From IMG/VR virus record IMGVR_UViG_3300017754_000491, positions 1 through 30,232 of that record: a stretch of DNA of 30,232 bases; one strand, written 5' to 3'. Source of the stretch: a virus. Its lineage: Duplodnaviria; Caudoviricetes. The notes under the pieces were generated by a model that was given only the letters and a program-made list of their open reading frames with translations, was not told the origin of the DNA and did no database searches. Both the position numbers and the translations under genes were made by a program. How positions within the stretch are numbered: the first letter of the stretch is position 1; every line of letters starts with the position of its first letter. Below, one piece after another: positions 1 to 8,299 of this stretch.

Positions 1-536
1 CAGATCTTGGTAAGTTTGGTGGTCCAAATGCCTGGATTGCTGTGCCTAAATCCAGAATCATCAATCTTAATCATAACCAAATCATTGTATTCGCTAATAT
101 CGCTGATTTCCAATCTAACCTGTAAGCATACATCTTTGACTAAGTGTGCCTTACTGCGTCTAAAATAGTGTAAAAAGTTACTGCCAACATCTACACTAAC
201 TTTATATTTTTGTGCTAACATTGAGATTGCCAATGACCATTCTACGGCTTCTTCAATAGTCTGCGGTTCATAACTGTGATTAGCACCTAAAAAGATGTGT
301 GTGCAGTTATTCTCATCAGCGTGTTTGCTGATTAGGTCTATTTGATCTTCGGGACTGCCTACTACAAATAGTGTGCGTAGTCCATAATAAGGTGTAAGTT
401 CAATTTCTAGACCAACAAACATCTTTGCTGTATTAGTTACAACATTTTGGTATGTTCTATTCATTTTAAGACTTTGTTGATAGTCTTTAATCTCTGCTAC
501 TTCTCGGTCAGTAGCCCACATCATACGATTGCTCAT
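1..536 (-). CDS. Conserved phage hypothetical protein, >178 aa, runs off the window start
   Basis: Not in the ORF track; translated by hand. ATG at 536 follows an AAAGGA SD, and the frame is open to position 1: MSNRMMWATDRE...MFVGLEIELTPYYGLRTLFVVG...HIFLGANHSY...KIDDSGFRHSNPGIW. The motifs resemble a family I recall from large T4-like aquatic phages. Confidence 0.8.
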   Translation of the reverse strand, partial: MSNRMMWATDREVAEIKDYQQSLKMNRTYQNVVTNTAKMFVGLEIELTPYYGLRTLFVVGSPEDQIDLISKHADENNCTHIFLGANHSYEPQTIEEAVEWSLAISMLAQKYKVSVDVGSNFLHYFRRSKAHLVKDVCLQVRLEISDISEYNDLVMIKIDDSGFRHSNPGIWTTKLTKI

Positions 537-540
537 TTTA

Positions 541-708
541 TTATTCCTTTGTATAAATGTCGTAGGCCTCAGCCATATCTTCGCTGAGCATATCTAGTGT
601 GTCGCCAATCATTGCCAACACTTCTTCAAATGTTTCTTCTTCACCTGCTGAAACATAGTTGTCGTTGTAATACTCTTGCAAGTATTCTAGTGCTTCTTGT
701 TTAGTCAT
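541..708 (-). CDS. Small acidic hypothetical protein (55 aa)
   Basis: Hand-translated: MTKQEALEYLQEYYNDNYVSAGEEETFEEVLAMIGDTLDMLSEDMAEAYDIYTKE. It has an AGGAG SD upstream and fills the gap between its neighbours. Confidence 0.8.
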   Translation of the reverse strand: MTKQEALEYLQEYYNDNYVSAGEEETFEEVLAMIGDTLDMLSEDMAEAYDIYTKE

Positions 709-721
709 TGCTGTCTCCTAG

Positions 722-931
722 TTATTTAGAAATTGATTGTTCTAAACTTTGAGCAGTAAGCATATGATTACGCTGAAAGTCTTTACAGATTTTGATGCGT
801 TGCTTTAACACTTGTTTAATTACTGGGCTAGTAGCAGTAGTTAAATTGGCTTGCAATTCTGCAATGTTAAGTTTTTCTTGCTCTACTGCGGCTAAACAGT
901 TAGCGAGTTGTTGCTGTTGTAATGTCTGCAT
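722..931 (-). CDS. Small coiled-coil hypothetical protein (69 aa), first gene after the sigma70 promoter
   Basis: ORF 722..964 with the start moved to ATG 931 (MQTLQQQQ...), which has an AGAGGA SD. Confidence 0.7.
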   Translation of the reverse strand: MQTLQQQQLANCLAAVEQEKLNIAELQANLTTATSPVIKQVLKQRIKICKDFQRNHMLTAQSLEQSISK

Positions 932-984
932 AGTAAGTCCTCTGTGTGTGTTATACAAACACACTATTGTGTCTGTATGTAGTT

Positions 985-1013
985 ATTATAGCACAAGTGT
1001 CATTTTGTGTCAA
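985..1013 (-). promoter_or_regulatory. Consensus sigma70 promoter with extended -10, probably a phage early promoter
   Basis: The minus strand reads TTGACA-caaaatgacacttgtgc(17 nt)-TATAAT, with TG one base before the -10 box. It points at the 931/708/536 genes. Confidence 0.9.
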
Positions 1014-1021
1014 TATAATTG

Positions 1022-1034
1022 TAAGTCATTGATT
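1022..1034 (-). promoter_or_regulatory. IHF-consensus site just upstream of the -35 box
   Basis: Minus-strand AATCAATGACTTA matches WATCAANNNNTTR and lies in an AT-rich context. Confidence 0.5.
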
Positions 1035-1168
1035 TTATTGAAGAAAACAGCAAATTAGGTATTTTGTTGTATTTTTGCCACAAAAAGCACCATTTTTACC
1101 AAATAACCATATAGGTCGTAGGTGTATTTGGAGTTAATACTAAAGTATGATCTAATACTTTTTTGGTT

Positions 1169-1200
1169 AAAAAACACCCGACCTTCACAGGCAGGGTGTT
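1169..1200 (-). terminator. Rho-independent terminator ending the structural operon
   Basis: Minus strand AACACCCTGCCT-GTGA-AGGTCGGGTGTT-TTTT: a 12-position stem with one mismatch and one G-U pair, a GNRA loop and a U tract. Confidence 0.75.
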
Positions 1201-1233
1201 CCAGTTTTACAATTATTTAACTAAAGGCAGTGA

Positions 1234-1797
1234 TCAATAAAGATCATCTACCTCATCCAACTCCTCTGGAATTGGATCTTTGAGTATTGCTCTTGCACTA
1301 CCCAATAACGAATCAACATAGTTAGTATCATCGTTAAAGTATTTAACTTTTAATGTCTCAAAGTATCCCATAGTGTAAAGACGCTCATTGTCAGTCATAT
1401 TAGTATCACTGATGTTGTGTCTAGTCCAAAGCATACCTCGCTGTGATTTTACTCTTGGTGGTTTAAGATGACACCAAACTGCTAATGGTCTGCACTGTCG
1501 TATCCAACTATCAACTTGAACTAGTTGGTCTTCTGGAACATACATTAATGTGATCCAAGTGTCTTTGTGTTTGTAAAAAACTTGGTCCTCTAAAATTGAA
1601 CAGTCAATGGGAATGTGTGCTAATACAGCACGATTGTAATTATCTGGTTCGGGTGTGGGATATTCAGTTTCCGTGCCGTGAAACTTTTTCCAACCTATGT
1701 GTTTGGCTAGTTGGATTCTTGGGTCTGGTAAGTCCTGATTACCTTGATATTCAGGACCATAACTCCAATACATAAACTTTGATTGTGGATTTGGCAT
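1234..1797 (-). CDS. Hypothetical protein (187 aa)
   Basis: Long ORF in the operon orientation with no recognised motif. There is no SD, but TAAATA lies 5 nt before the ATG. Confidence 0.7.
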   Translation of the reverse strand: MPNPQSKFMYWSYGPEYQGNQDLPDPRIQLAKHIGWKKFHGTETEYPTPEPDNYNRAVLAHIPIDCSILEDQVFYKHKDTWITLMYVPEDQLVQVDSWIRQCRPLAVWCHLKPPRVKSQRGMLWTRHNISDTNMTDNERLYTMGYFETLKVKYFNDDTNYVDSLLGSARAILKDPIPEELDEVDDLY

Positions 1798-1802
1798 AAG
1801 CC

Positions 1803-1808
1803 TATTTA
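1803..1808 (-). promoter_or_regulatory. TAAATA box (leaderless position) upstream of the 187-aa gene
   Basis: agtTAAATAggcttATG with no SD. Confidence 0.55.
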
Positions 1809-1825
1809 ACTGCTGTTATCTGTTG

Positions 1826-2011
1826 TTATCTGCTGTTAAGTTTAGTTTCAATGCGTTCCAATGCTTTAGTTTGATGTTCTGTATTAGTGTGTATAATAGC
1901 AGTTTTTTTATCTAAGGCATCTATCTTGTCATTCAATGATAGATAGCCAGTGCCGCCAATACCTAGGCTACCTATCACAATCCACGATAATTGTTTGAGT
2001 GTAAATTCCAT
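1826..2011 (-). CDS. Small membrane protein, holin-like (N-terminal TM helix plus coiled coil)
   Basis: Hydrophobic LSWIVIGSLGIGGTGYL is followed by a heptad-like segment. The gene abuts the stop of the last fibre gene. Confidence 0.5.
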   Translation of the reverse strand: MEFTLKQLSWIVIGSLGIGGTGYLSLNDKIDALDKKTAIIHTNTEHQTKALERIETKLNSR

Positions 2012-4279
2012 TTATGCTCCTACTGATACTAATGTGAGAAACAAGGCTGATGTTGCTGGACCGAATGCTGTCGAGGCAAACGATGGTATTGAAACGTGAG
2101 TATGATCATCCACAGCATACATTAGTTCCCAATAGTCTGTGGTGTTGGCACTGCTGATCATATTATCCCAACCTGCGATAGTTAAACCATTGGCAGCACC
2201 TTTGGCTTTGAAAACGCCTACTCTGCCCATACTTCCTGGAACATCCGTGCCATTCTTTCTCCACCAGAAGTAAGCAAAATGCTCGTCGGCAGTATCATCG
2301 TTTTGAACTTGAGCACTGAATTGAAGTTTATATATGCCAGCCGCACCAGGAATGATTCTGCTTGTGCTACCAACACTGGCGATGTTGGCAAAATCTATGG
2401 TAGGTAAAGCCAAAGCATACGCAGTATTACTTGCCACTGGCGTAATAGTGGTTAAGTTCTGCCATTGTCCATAAACACTGTTAATACTGCTGGCATTTGC
2501 CCACGACATACTGCCCGCAGTTGTTGATACTAAAACTTGGTTATTTGCAGTTGGATATGCCTGTGGTAATGTATAGACTTGAACAGCAGGTGTTGTGCCA
2601 GCACCTAGTCTTACGCTGCCACTGGTGCTACCAGATATTGTAATAGGAACATTGAACTGTGCTTCACCGCTGTTTACACTTATGCGATTAACTGTGCTAT
2701 TGAAATTATTAATATTAGTAGTATCGCTGTTAAATGATAAACTGGCTGTGCTGCCGCTGATAACATCATAAGCATCTAATGTTCCTGTTTTAATGGCATT
2801 GAAACCAAAAGCACCGCCATTAACACCACCAGTAATTGTTGTTGATGCCACTGTTTGACTTGGGCTAACAGTCCAAGTAGAACCACTACCACTGCCTGAT
2901 ATATTAGCCAGAATTTTTGTTCCTGCTGTTACGCCAGTGCCATATATGCTTTGACCCACTGCTATTACGCCACCTGAGGCTAATGTGCCTATGGTCAATG
3001 TAGTGCCGCTGATACTACTACCAGTTGCTGAAAAGCCCGTCCAATTTTCTGTGGCAAAACCGCTAATTTGAGCACAAGGTCCGCGAGGAACACCTACAGC
3101 ACCAGTATAACTGTTACCATTGAATTTGAACTGTCCAATAATATCATTTGCTTGTGTTGGTGTAAACGGTGCCGCACCTGTGGCACTTCTTAATGTGCTA
3201 AAGTTAATAAGAGCGGTGTTGCCGCTACTAGTGGCTCGGTTATTTTGTATGTTGACACTTAAACTACCATCAGGAAGAGCATTAACAGGGCTTGGTCCAA
3301 AACTATATGCACTTGATTGAAATACTGTATTACTCAAACTCATAGTTAACGGATTTGCAGTTAAACCTGCTACTCCGTTTGTAGCAGCCAATGGACTTAA
3401 TGCTACAATCATACTTGTGCCACTAGTTTGATTGGTCCAGTTTTCAGCAGCCTGAAATCGTATTTGTCCTCCAAGACCGTTAATAGTTGATAACCAACCA
3501 TCACCTCCGCCTGCAATATCAGCACTGGTTACTGTTTGACTTGCGCTAACTGTCCAAGTGCTGCCGCTGCCTGATCCTGATATATTAGCAGTAATTCTTG
3601 TTCCTGTAGTAACACCAGCACCAAATGTATAACTAGATATCAATTGACCAACTGCAGGTGTGCCTGATACTAAAGTGCCAATGGTCAATGTTGTTCCACT
3701 GATTGTAGAACCAGTTGAAGTAAAACCAGAACCATCACTGATACCTGCCCAACCATTAGCAGTCAATTCTATTATATTGTTACCATTTAAAAGTTGTGTT
3801 GGACTGCTGGGATTTGTGCCACGAGCACTTTCACCAATAATACTATTTCTTGGAGCATTAGCATAGTTACGCAAAACCATACCAGTGCGCTTACCACTAG
3901 TAGTTGTTGTAGTAGCCGAGTTATCTAAACTTACACCACGATAAGGATTTGCTACGCCTGTTGGACCAAATCCCCATACATCACCAGCGGCAGCGGCCGC
4001 AGCCTGGCGAATAGCACCCAAAACATAATTTCTGTCATTGGTTAAGTTTCCGCCATTGGCAAATGTCATTACAACATTACCAGTGCCATTAGGATCTAAT
4101 GTAATTGCTCCATTGGCTGCACCAGTAGTAATACTGAGTGCGCCAGTGCTGTCTGTGACAGTGCCGCCCTGCACATCTATAGTGCCAGTGGTAATAATAT
4201 TACCTGTAGTGCCATCTACTGTGGCCACGGTGTCGCCTACTGCGAGACCGAATTTAACTTTGAATTTTTCGTTTGCCAT
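2012..4279 (-). CDS. Tail fibre / receptor-binding protein (755 aa) with an internal duplication and a C-terminal C1q/TNF-like beta domain
   Basis: Gly/Thr/Ser-rich. Contains two [11 protein letters not shown]...[18 protein letters not shown] repeats, a YTLP...QVL...G.MSW fibre motif, and C-terminal [11 protein letters not shown]...[12 protein letters not shown]...DYWELM. Confidence 0.8.
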   Translation of the reverse strand: MANEKFKVKFGLAVGDTVATVDGTTGNIITTGTIDVQGGTVTDSTGALSITTGAANGAITLDPNGTGNVVMTFANGGNLTNDRNYVLGAIRQAAAAAAGDVWGFGPTGVANPYRGVSLDNSATTTTTSGKRTGMVLRNYANAPRNSIIGESARGTNPSSPTQLLNGNNIIELTANGWAGISDGSGFTSTGSTISGTTLTIGTLVSGTPAVGQLISSYTFGAGVTTGTRITANISGSGSGSTWTVSASQTVTSADIAGGGDGWLSTINGLGGQIRFQAAENWTNQTSGTSMIVALSPLAATNGVAGLTANPLTMSLSNTVFQSSAYSFGPSPVNALPDGSLSVNIQNNRATSSGNTALINFSTLRSATGAAPFTPTQANDIIGQFKFNGNSYTGAVGVPRGPCAQISGFATENWTGFSATGSSISGTTLTIGTLASGGVIAVGQSIYGTGVTAGTKILANISGSGSGSTWTVSPSQTVASTTITGGVNGGAFGFNAIKTGTLDAYDVISGSTASLSFNSDTTNINNFNSTVNRISVNSGEAQFNVPITISGSTSGSVRLGAGTTPAVQVYTLPQAYPTANNQVLVSTTAGSMSWANASSINSVYGQWQNLTTITPVASNTAYALALPTIDFANIASVGSTSRIIPGAAGIYKLQFSAQVQNDDTADEHFAYFWWRKNGTDVPGSMGRVGVFKAKGAANGLTIAGWDNMISSANTTDYWELMYAVDDHTHVSIPSFASTAFGPATSALFLTLVSVGA

Positions 4280-4299
4280 AATTCACACAATCCTTATGT

Positions 4300-4947
4300 T
4301 TAATCTAGTGAAGTTCTTACTACACTGAATACCGTGCTTGTTGCACTTGCTGGAGTTATCAATAATCTTAAATCACCTGCACTTACATCTGCTGTAAATG
4401 TGGCTAATGCTGAAGTATTATACATTTCACCATATGTAGTTAATAAAGCAGTAGTAGCATCTACTCGCAATACCAATGCTTCTACAGTATGCACATTTGC
4501 GCCTTGAACAATGTAGATTACATTTTTCATTACATTTCTAGTGGTTTCTACTAATGAAACCGTAGTAGTAGAAGTTGTAGTTAGTGTAACCGTGTCAATA
4601 CTACTTCTGCTATCAATACTTAATATGTTGACATTTACAGTTGCTGTAGTAGCATCAATTACATTTGTTGCACTGGCTAATACTAAATCACCTGTAGTTG
4701 TTGATATTGTATTGTCTGTGGCAACGGCAATAGTGATATTACCAAATGTTGATCCACCGCCACCTGGCAATGCCCAAGACAAGTTACCACTACCATCATT
4801 GGTTAATACTGTGCTGGCTGCACCTGCTGATCCTGGAAGAACATAACTTAAATCTGTGCCTGTGGCTGTTGAAGCAAAACTGCTACTACCACTGGTAGTG
4901 CCATCTATTGTTAGTCCGTTGCGAACTCTAAAATTGCGTTGTGTCAT
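4300..4947 (-). CDS. Short fibre / fibre adaptor protein (215 aa)
   Basis: N-terminal NFRVRNGL motif, a YVLP...VLTNDGSGNLSW motif, and a C-terminal domain paralogous to that of 4964..6400. Confidence 0.7.
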   Translation of the reverse strand: MTQRNFRVRNGLTIDGTTSGSSSFASTATGTDLSYVLPGSAGAASTVLTNDGSGNLSWALPGGGGSTFGNITIAVATDNTISTTTGDLVLASATNVIDATTATVNVNILSIDSRSSIDTVTLTTTSTTTVSLVETTRNVMKNVIYIVQGANVHTVEALVLRVDATTALLTTYGEMYNTSALATFTADVSAGDLRLLITPASATSTVFSVVRTSLD

Positions 4948-4963
4948 TGGTTCATTTTCCCCT

Positions 4964-6400
4964 TTAGACTTCTATTGCTATAACACTACCTTTGTAAGTA
5001 GTCACAGCGTTTGTTGGTGTTACTAATAATCGTATAAAGCCACCGCTGATATCTGCATCAAATGTTGATAAGTTTGCACCTGTTTTTACATCACTGTAAG
5101 TGTTTAAGTAAGCAGTTGTGCCATCGTGTATAACCATTATTTCTACTACTTGATATTCTGTGCCACTGGTAATTTGATACATATATTTTAGACTACGATA
5201 TCCTGTGGCATCTGTGGTTGAAGCAACTTGATTGGCAGCAGTTGTTGAAGTTGTAAATGGTCCAGTAGCATCATAAGCCACAACACCGCCGGCAATAAAA
5301 TAGTCTGCATTAACATAACCATCTGCAAAGAAATTACCACTACTGTCTAAGTATGCCTTTTCAGCAACTGCGGCACCATTTTGCATTAGGCCAAAACTCA
5401 TTTTAAAGTCTTCGCTGGTGGCAGTTAAATCTGTGCTATTAACACTGACAAAACCTGCTCGTTCAGTGTTGCCTGGTGCTGTTTCTAATTGAAATTCTAA
5501 TTGATTACCAAAACCTACTGTAGGAGTTCCTGTGCTTTGAAGATTCAAAGCCAATGTTCTAACAGGACCAGTTGTTGATGTAGTAAATCTTTGAACAACA
5601 ACAGGTGTAGCAGCCGCACTATTGATCACAGGCCAAGTAACTGTTTGAGTTCCATCGCCAATAATTAAATTACCAGTTGTTGTAGCAACAGTATTATTTT
5701 CTACAACACCAACAGTGACATTACCGCCTGTAACTCCAGCAAACACTGGATTACTTGTAGTAGCAATATCCTGTGGTGTGCTTAGTGTAACTGCACCAGT
5801 TGGGCTACTGGCTATAATTTGATTGGCAGTGCCAGTGATTGAAGTTACACCACTACTTCCAGGATCTGTGTTTGTAATAGTAATTGTATTGGCATCAGTT
5901 CTTGATACTGTAATACCAGTGCCACTAGCAAACTTAACTGTGTCAGTTGTTGGAATGTCACTGGTTAAGTTTAAGTTAGCACCGCCTGTTACTGTTGATG
6001 CATCAATGTTGTATGTTTTACCAACTGTGGTTACAGCGGCAAAACTTAGTGTGCCACTGCCATCTGTGACTAAAACTTGTCCGTTAAAACCATCTGCTAC
6101 TGGGAATGTATAGTTAGCAGTGGCTAGTTGATTTTGAATTGTAGTAACACCTGAGCCACTACCAATACTCATTGTTGTGGCCGCACCACCAAATAAAATA
6201 CTTTCTGCGTTTGTGGGCAATAAACTAAAACTGTTACAGTTAGTTAAAATGGCACAGCCATTAACCGTTAGTGTTCCAGGAATAACTAAATTGCCATTAG
6301 GCACTACGCTTTGGTTGCCACTATATAATGTTGTAAGGTTAGTAGAACTTATGTTACCCGTTTGTGGTGTTGATCCGTATAATGAACTTGAACTTGTCAT
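4964..6400 (-). CDS. Tail fibre-like virion protein (478 aa)
   Basis: Thr/Gly-rich, with YTFP..DG..GQVLVTDGSGTLSF and GVTSITGTANQI fibre motifs, and a C-terminal RSLKY..Q...EIMVIHDGTTAY...FDADISGG.IRLLVTP domain. Confidence 0.75.
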   Translation of the reverse strand: MTSSSSLYGSTPQTGNISSTNLTTLYSGNQSVVPNGNLVIPGTLTVNGCAILTNCNSFSLLPTNAESILFGGAATTMSIGSGSGVTTIQNQLATANYTFPVADGFNGQVLVTDGSGTLSFAAVTTVGKTYNIDASTVTGGANLNLTSDIPTTDTVKFASGTGITVSRTDANTITITNTDPGSSGVTSITGTANQIIASSPTGAVTLSTPQDIATTSNPVFAGVTGGNVTVGVVENNTVATTTGNLIIGDGTQTVTWPVINSAAATPVVVQRFTTSTTGPVRTLALNLQSTGTPTVGFGNQLEFQLETAPGNTERAGFVSVNSTDLTATSEDFKMSFGLMQNGAAVAEKAYLDSSGNFFADGYVNADYFIAGGVVAYDATGPFTTSTTAANQVASTTDATGYRSLKYMYQITSGTEYQVVEIMVIHDGTTAYLNTYSDVKTGANLSTFDADISGGFIRLLVTPTNAVTTYKGSVIAIEV

Positions 6401-6409
6401 AGTATCTCC

Positions 6410-7621
6410 TTACTTAATGTTGTATTGGCGATACTGTCGGGGTTGCCATACTGATGTTAAACGGGTGTGTCCACCACTCCACTTACCTAAGTTGTTTTGG
6501 TCTTCAACAATGTTCCAAGCATTGTCATACTTTTGTGCGTATACTGCGGCATCTTCTGCGTTGTGGCGTTTGATATAATACTCACGCAATGTAGCATATA
6601 CATAACCTTCTACCCAAGTTTGTAATACTGGATTAGTTTGAACTGTTTGGTCAGTTACTGATATGTCTGTAATAGTGCCGCCACTGGGACTTGTGCCACC
6701 AGTTACGCTAACTTTGATTGCTGTGCTGGATGTTACTTCTGTGACTATTGCTGTGGTAAAGCCAGTGCCTAAACTACCAGTGCCTGGTAATGCTGTAATG
6801 TGATCACCAACATTTACACCATCTGTGTCAGTCATACCCGTAATGGAGATTAACCAAGGACCAGTTCCACTTATTGGATTTACACTGCCAGTTGCACTGA
6901 CTAATGTATCACCTAAAGGAGCAAACAACAATGGCCACGCTTTGTAGTAGTATAAGTTGATTAAGTCGCCTTCAGCAATGTAAGGTAAGAATTGATAATT
7001 GTCGTAGACTTCACTGAATTTACCACGAATAACTGCGGGAACATTTACTGGCTGTAAGTAAAGTTGTGCAATCATACCCTGTGTAATAATATCTCTGTCA
7101 CCAACTCGGTCATAGACAATCCACGGACCAGTTTGGCTGGCAGCATTGCCAGTTGTAGAAAATATTAATGTGCCACTGACTGTGCCAGTGTTGGCTGTGT
7201 TTAATGTAATAACACTGCCACTACCACCGCTACCACTGATATTGGTAATAACTGCACCTAAGCCAATACCAGTGCCACTGACTACCATATTATTTTGTAA
7301 TGATTGTGCTGGCGTTGAAGTTAGTGTAATTGTAAATTGTCCACTGGTGCCTGAGGCTGTAGCAGTTGTTGTAACCTGTTGTCCTTGTTTGAAAAACAAG
7401 ATTGGTTTGTTCATATCTCCTGGAATAGGAACACGACCATTGGCATCTGCTATACCAATGTTTTCTGGAGCATATGGATCACTGCGTAGTGCTGGCAGTT
7501 CAATGTTACGCATTGACATTTCTGCCATAAAGATACATTTCTTAATTTCTGCGTCATTGGTGCTGCCAGTAAAGTCTTTGACAAAAGTTACTAAATCGTC
7601 GGCTGTGGGTATTGTAAACAT
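6410..7621 (-). CDS. Head-tail adaptor/connector protein (403 aa) with two inserted beta-rich domains
   Basis: The helical termini DDLVTFVKDF...IFMAEMSMR and YVYATLREYY...YAQKYDNAW...KWSGG match the podovirus adaptor pattern. The gene lies downstream of the capsid gene. Confidence 0.65.
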   Translation of the reverse strand: MFTIPTADDLVTFVKDFTGSTNDAEIKKCIFMAEMSMRNIELPALRSDPYAPENIGIADANGRVPIPGDMNKPILFFKQGQQVTTTATASGTSGQFTITLTSTPAQSLQNNMVVSGTGIGLGAVITNISGSGGSGSVITLNTANTGTVSGTLIFSTTGNAASQTGPWIVYDRVGDRDIITQGMIAQLYLQPVNVPAVIRGKFSEVYDNYQFLPYIAEGDLINLYYYKAWPLLFAPLGDTLVSATGSVNPISGTGPWLISITGMTDTDGVNVGDHITALPGTGSLGTGFTTAIVTEVTSSTAIKVSVTGGTSPSGGTITDISVTDQTVQTNPVLQTWVEGYVYATLREYYIKRHNAEDAAVYAQKYDNAWNIVEDQNNLGKWSGGHTRLTSVWQPRQYRQYNIK

Positions 7622-7643
7622 TTAATGTTTCCTCTAAAATATT

Positions 7644-8204
7644 TTAACCTGTTCGTTGCGGATAACTTACCGCAACTGGGATAGGTAATTTCCCACCGGG
7701 GTAGCACACATATTGAGGATATTCTGTTTCAACTACCCTGTAGAATTGTGCTTTCATTGTTCTATCATTCTTTAGTGCTGTCCAAGGAATGCCACCAAAA
7801 TATTGATCACTGATACGAATACTAATAACTGTGGGCAGTTCCATCCATTTGTATGTTAGATTGCCATCATCACCTATGGGTGCCATTGGATCAGGAATAC
7901 CTAGTTCTGCGGCGTGTCTATAGTTTCTAACACGCTCTTTGACTTCTTCAATGTTTTGTTGTTCACGAGTGATGAAGAACTTACCGTCTTGTCGTCCAGT
8001 AGTAACTTTGATGTTATTACCTTTGTTCCAACTTGTTCGGCTCCAATCACCTTTCATTGATCTATACAAATCATCATTTTGTAATAACTTGTCTGCTATG
8101 CCATTGTGATTAGTGATCATACCACCGTGATCTTGTCTGTAGTAATTATAGTTCTTTTCTGGATCTGTGTCATCCAAATATTCGGGTCTATTGATATCGT
8201 TCAT
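7644..8204 (-). CDS. Conserved podovirus hypothetical protein downstream of the capsid gene (186 aa)
   Basis: Clean ORF. The Q.IE...R...WMELP pattern resembles proteins I recall following this capsid type. No SD; TAAATA lies 6 nt before the ATG. Confidence 0.65.
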   Translation of the reverse strand: MNDINRPEYLDDTDPEKNYNYYRQDHGGMITNHNGIADKLLQNDDLYRSMKGDWSRTSWNKGNNIKVTTGRQDGKFFITREQQNIEEVKERVRNYRHAAELGIPDPMAPIGDDGNLTYKWMELPTVISIRISDQYFGGIPWTALKNDRTMKAQFYRVVETEYPQYVCYPGGKLPIPVAVSYPQRTG

Positions 8205-8210
8205 AATTAG

Positions 8211-8216
8211 TATTTA
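8211..8216 (-). promoter_or_regulatory. TAAATA box, putative phage late promoter (leaderless position)
   Basis: gcaTAAATActaattATG, just after the capsid terminator. One of nine copies at gene boundaries. Confidence 0.6.
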
Positions 8217-8249
8217 TGCTATACAAACAAAGGATTGTTTAAACAATAG

Positions 8250-8272
8250 AAAAAAGCCCCGAAGGGCTTTTT
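8250..8272 (-). terminator. Rho-independent terminator after the major capsid gene (cUUCGg loop)
   Basis: Minus strand AAAAAGCCC-TTCG-GGGCTTTTTT. A/T tracts on both sides, so it may be bidirectional. Confidence 0.9.
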
Positions 8273-8299
8273 CCGTATTACATTTAACTCTGTTAAGAA

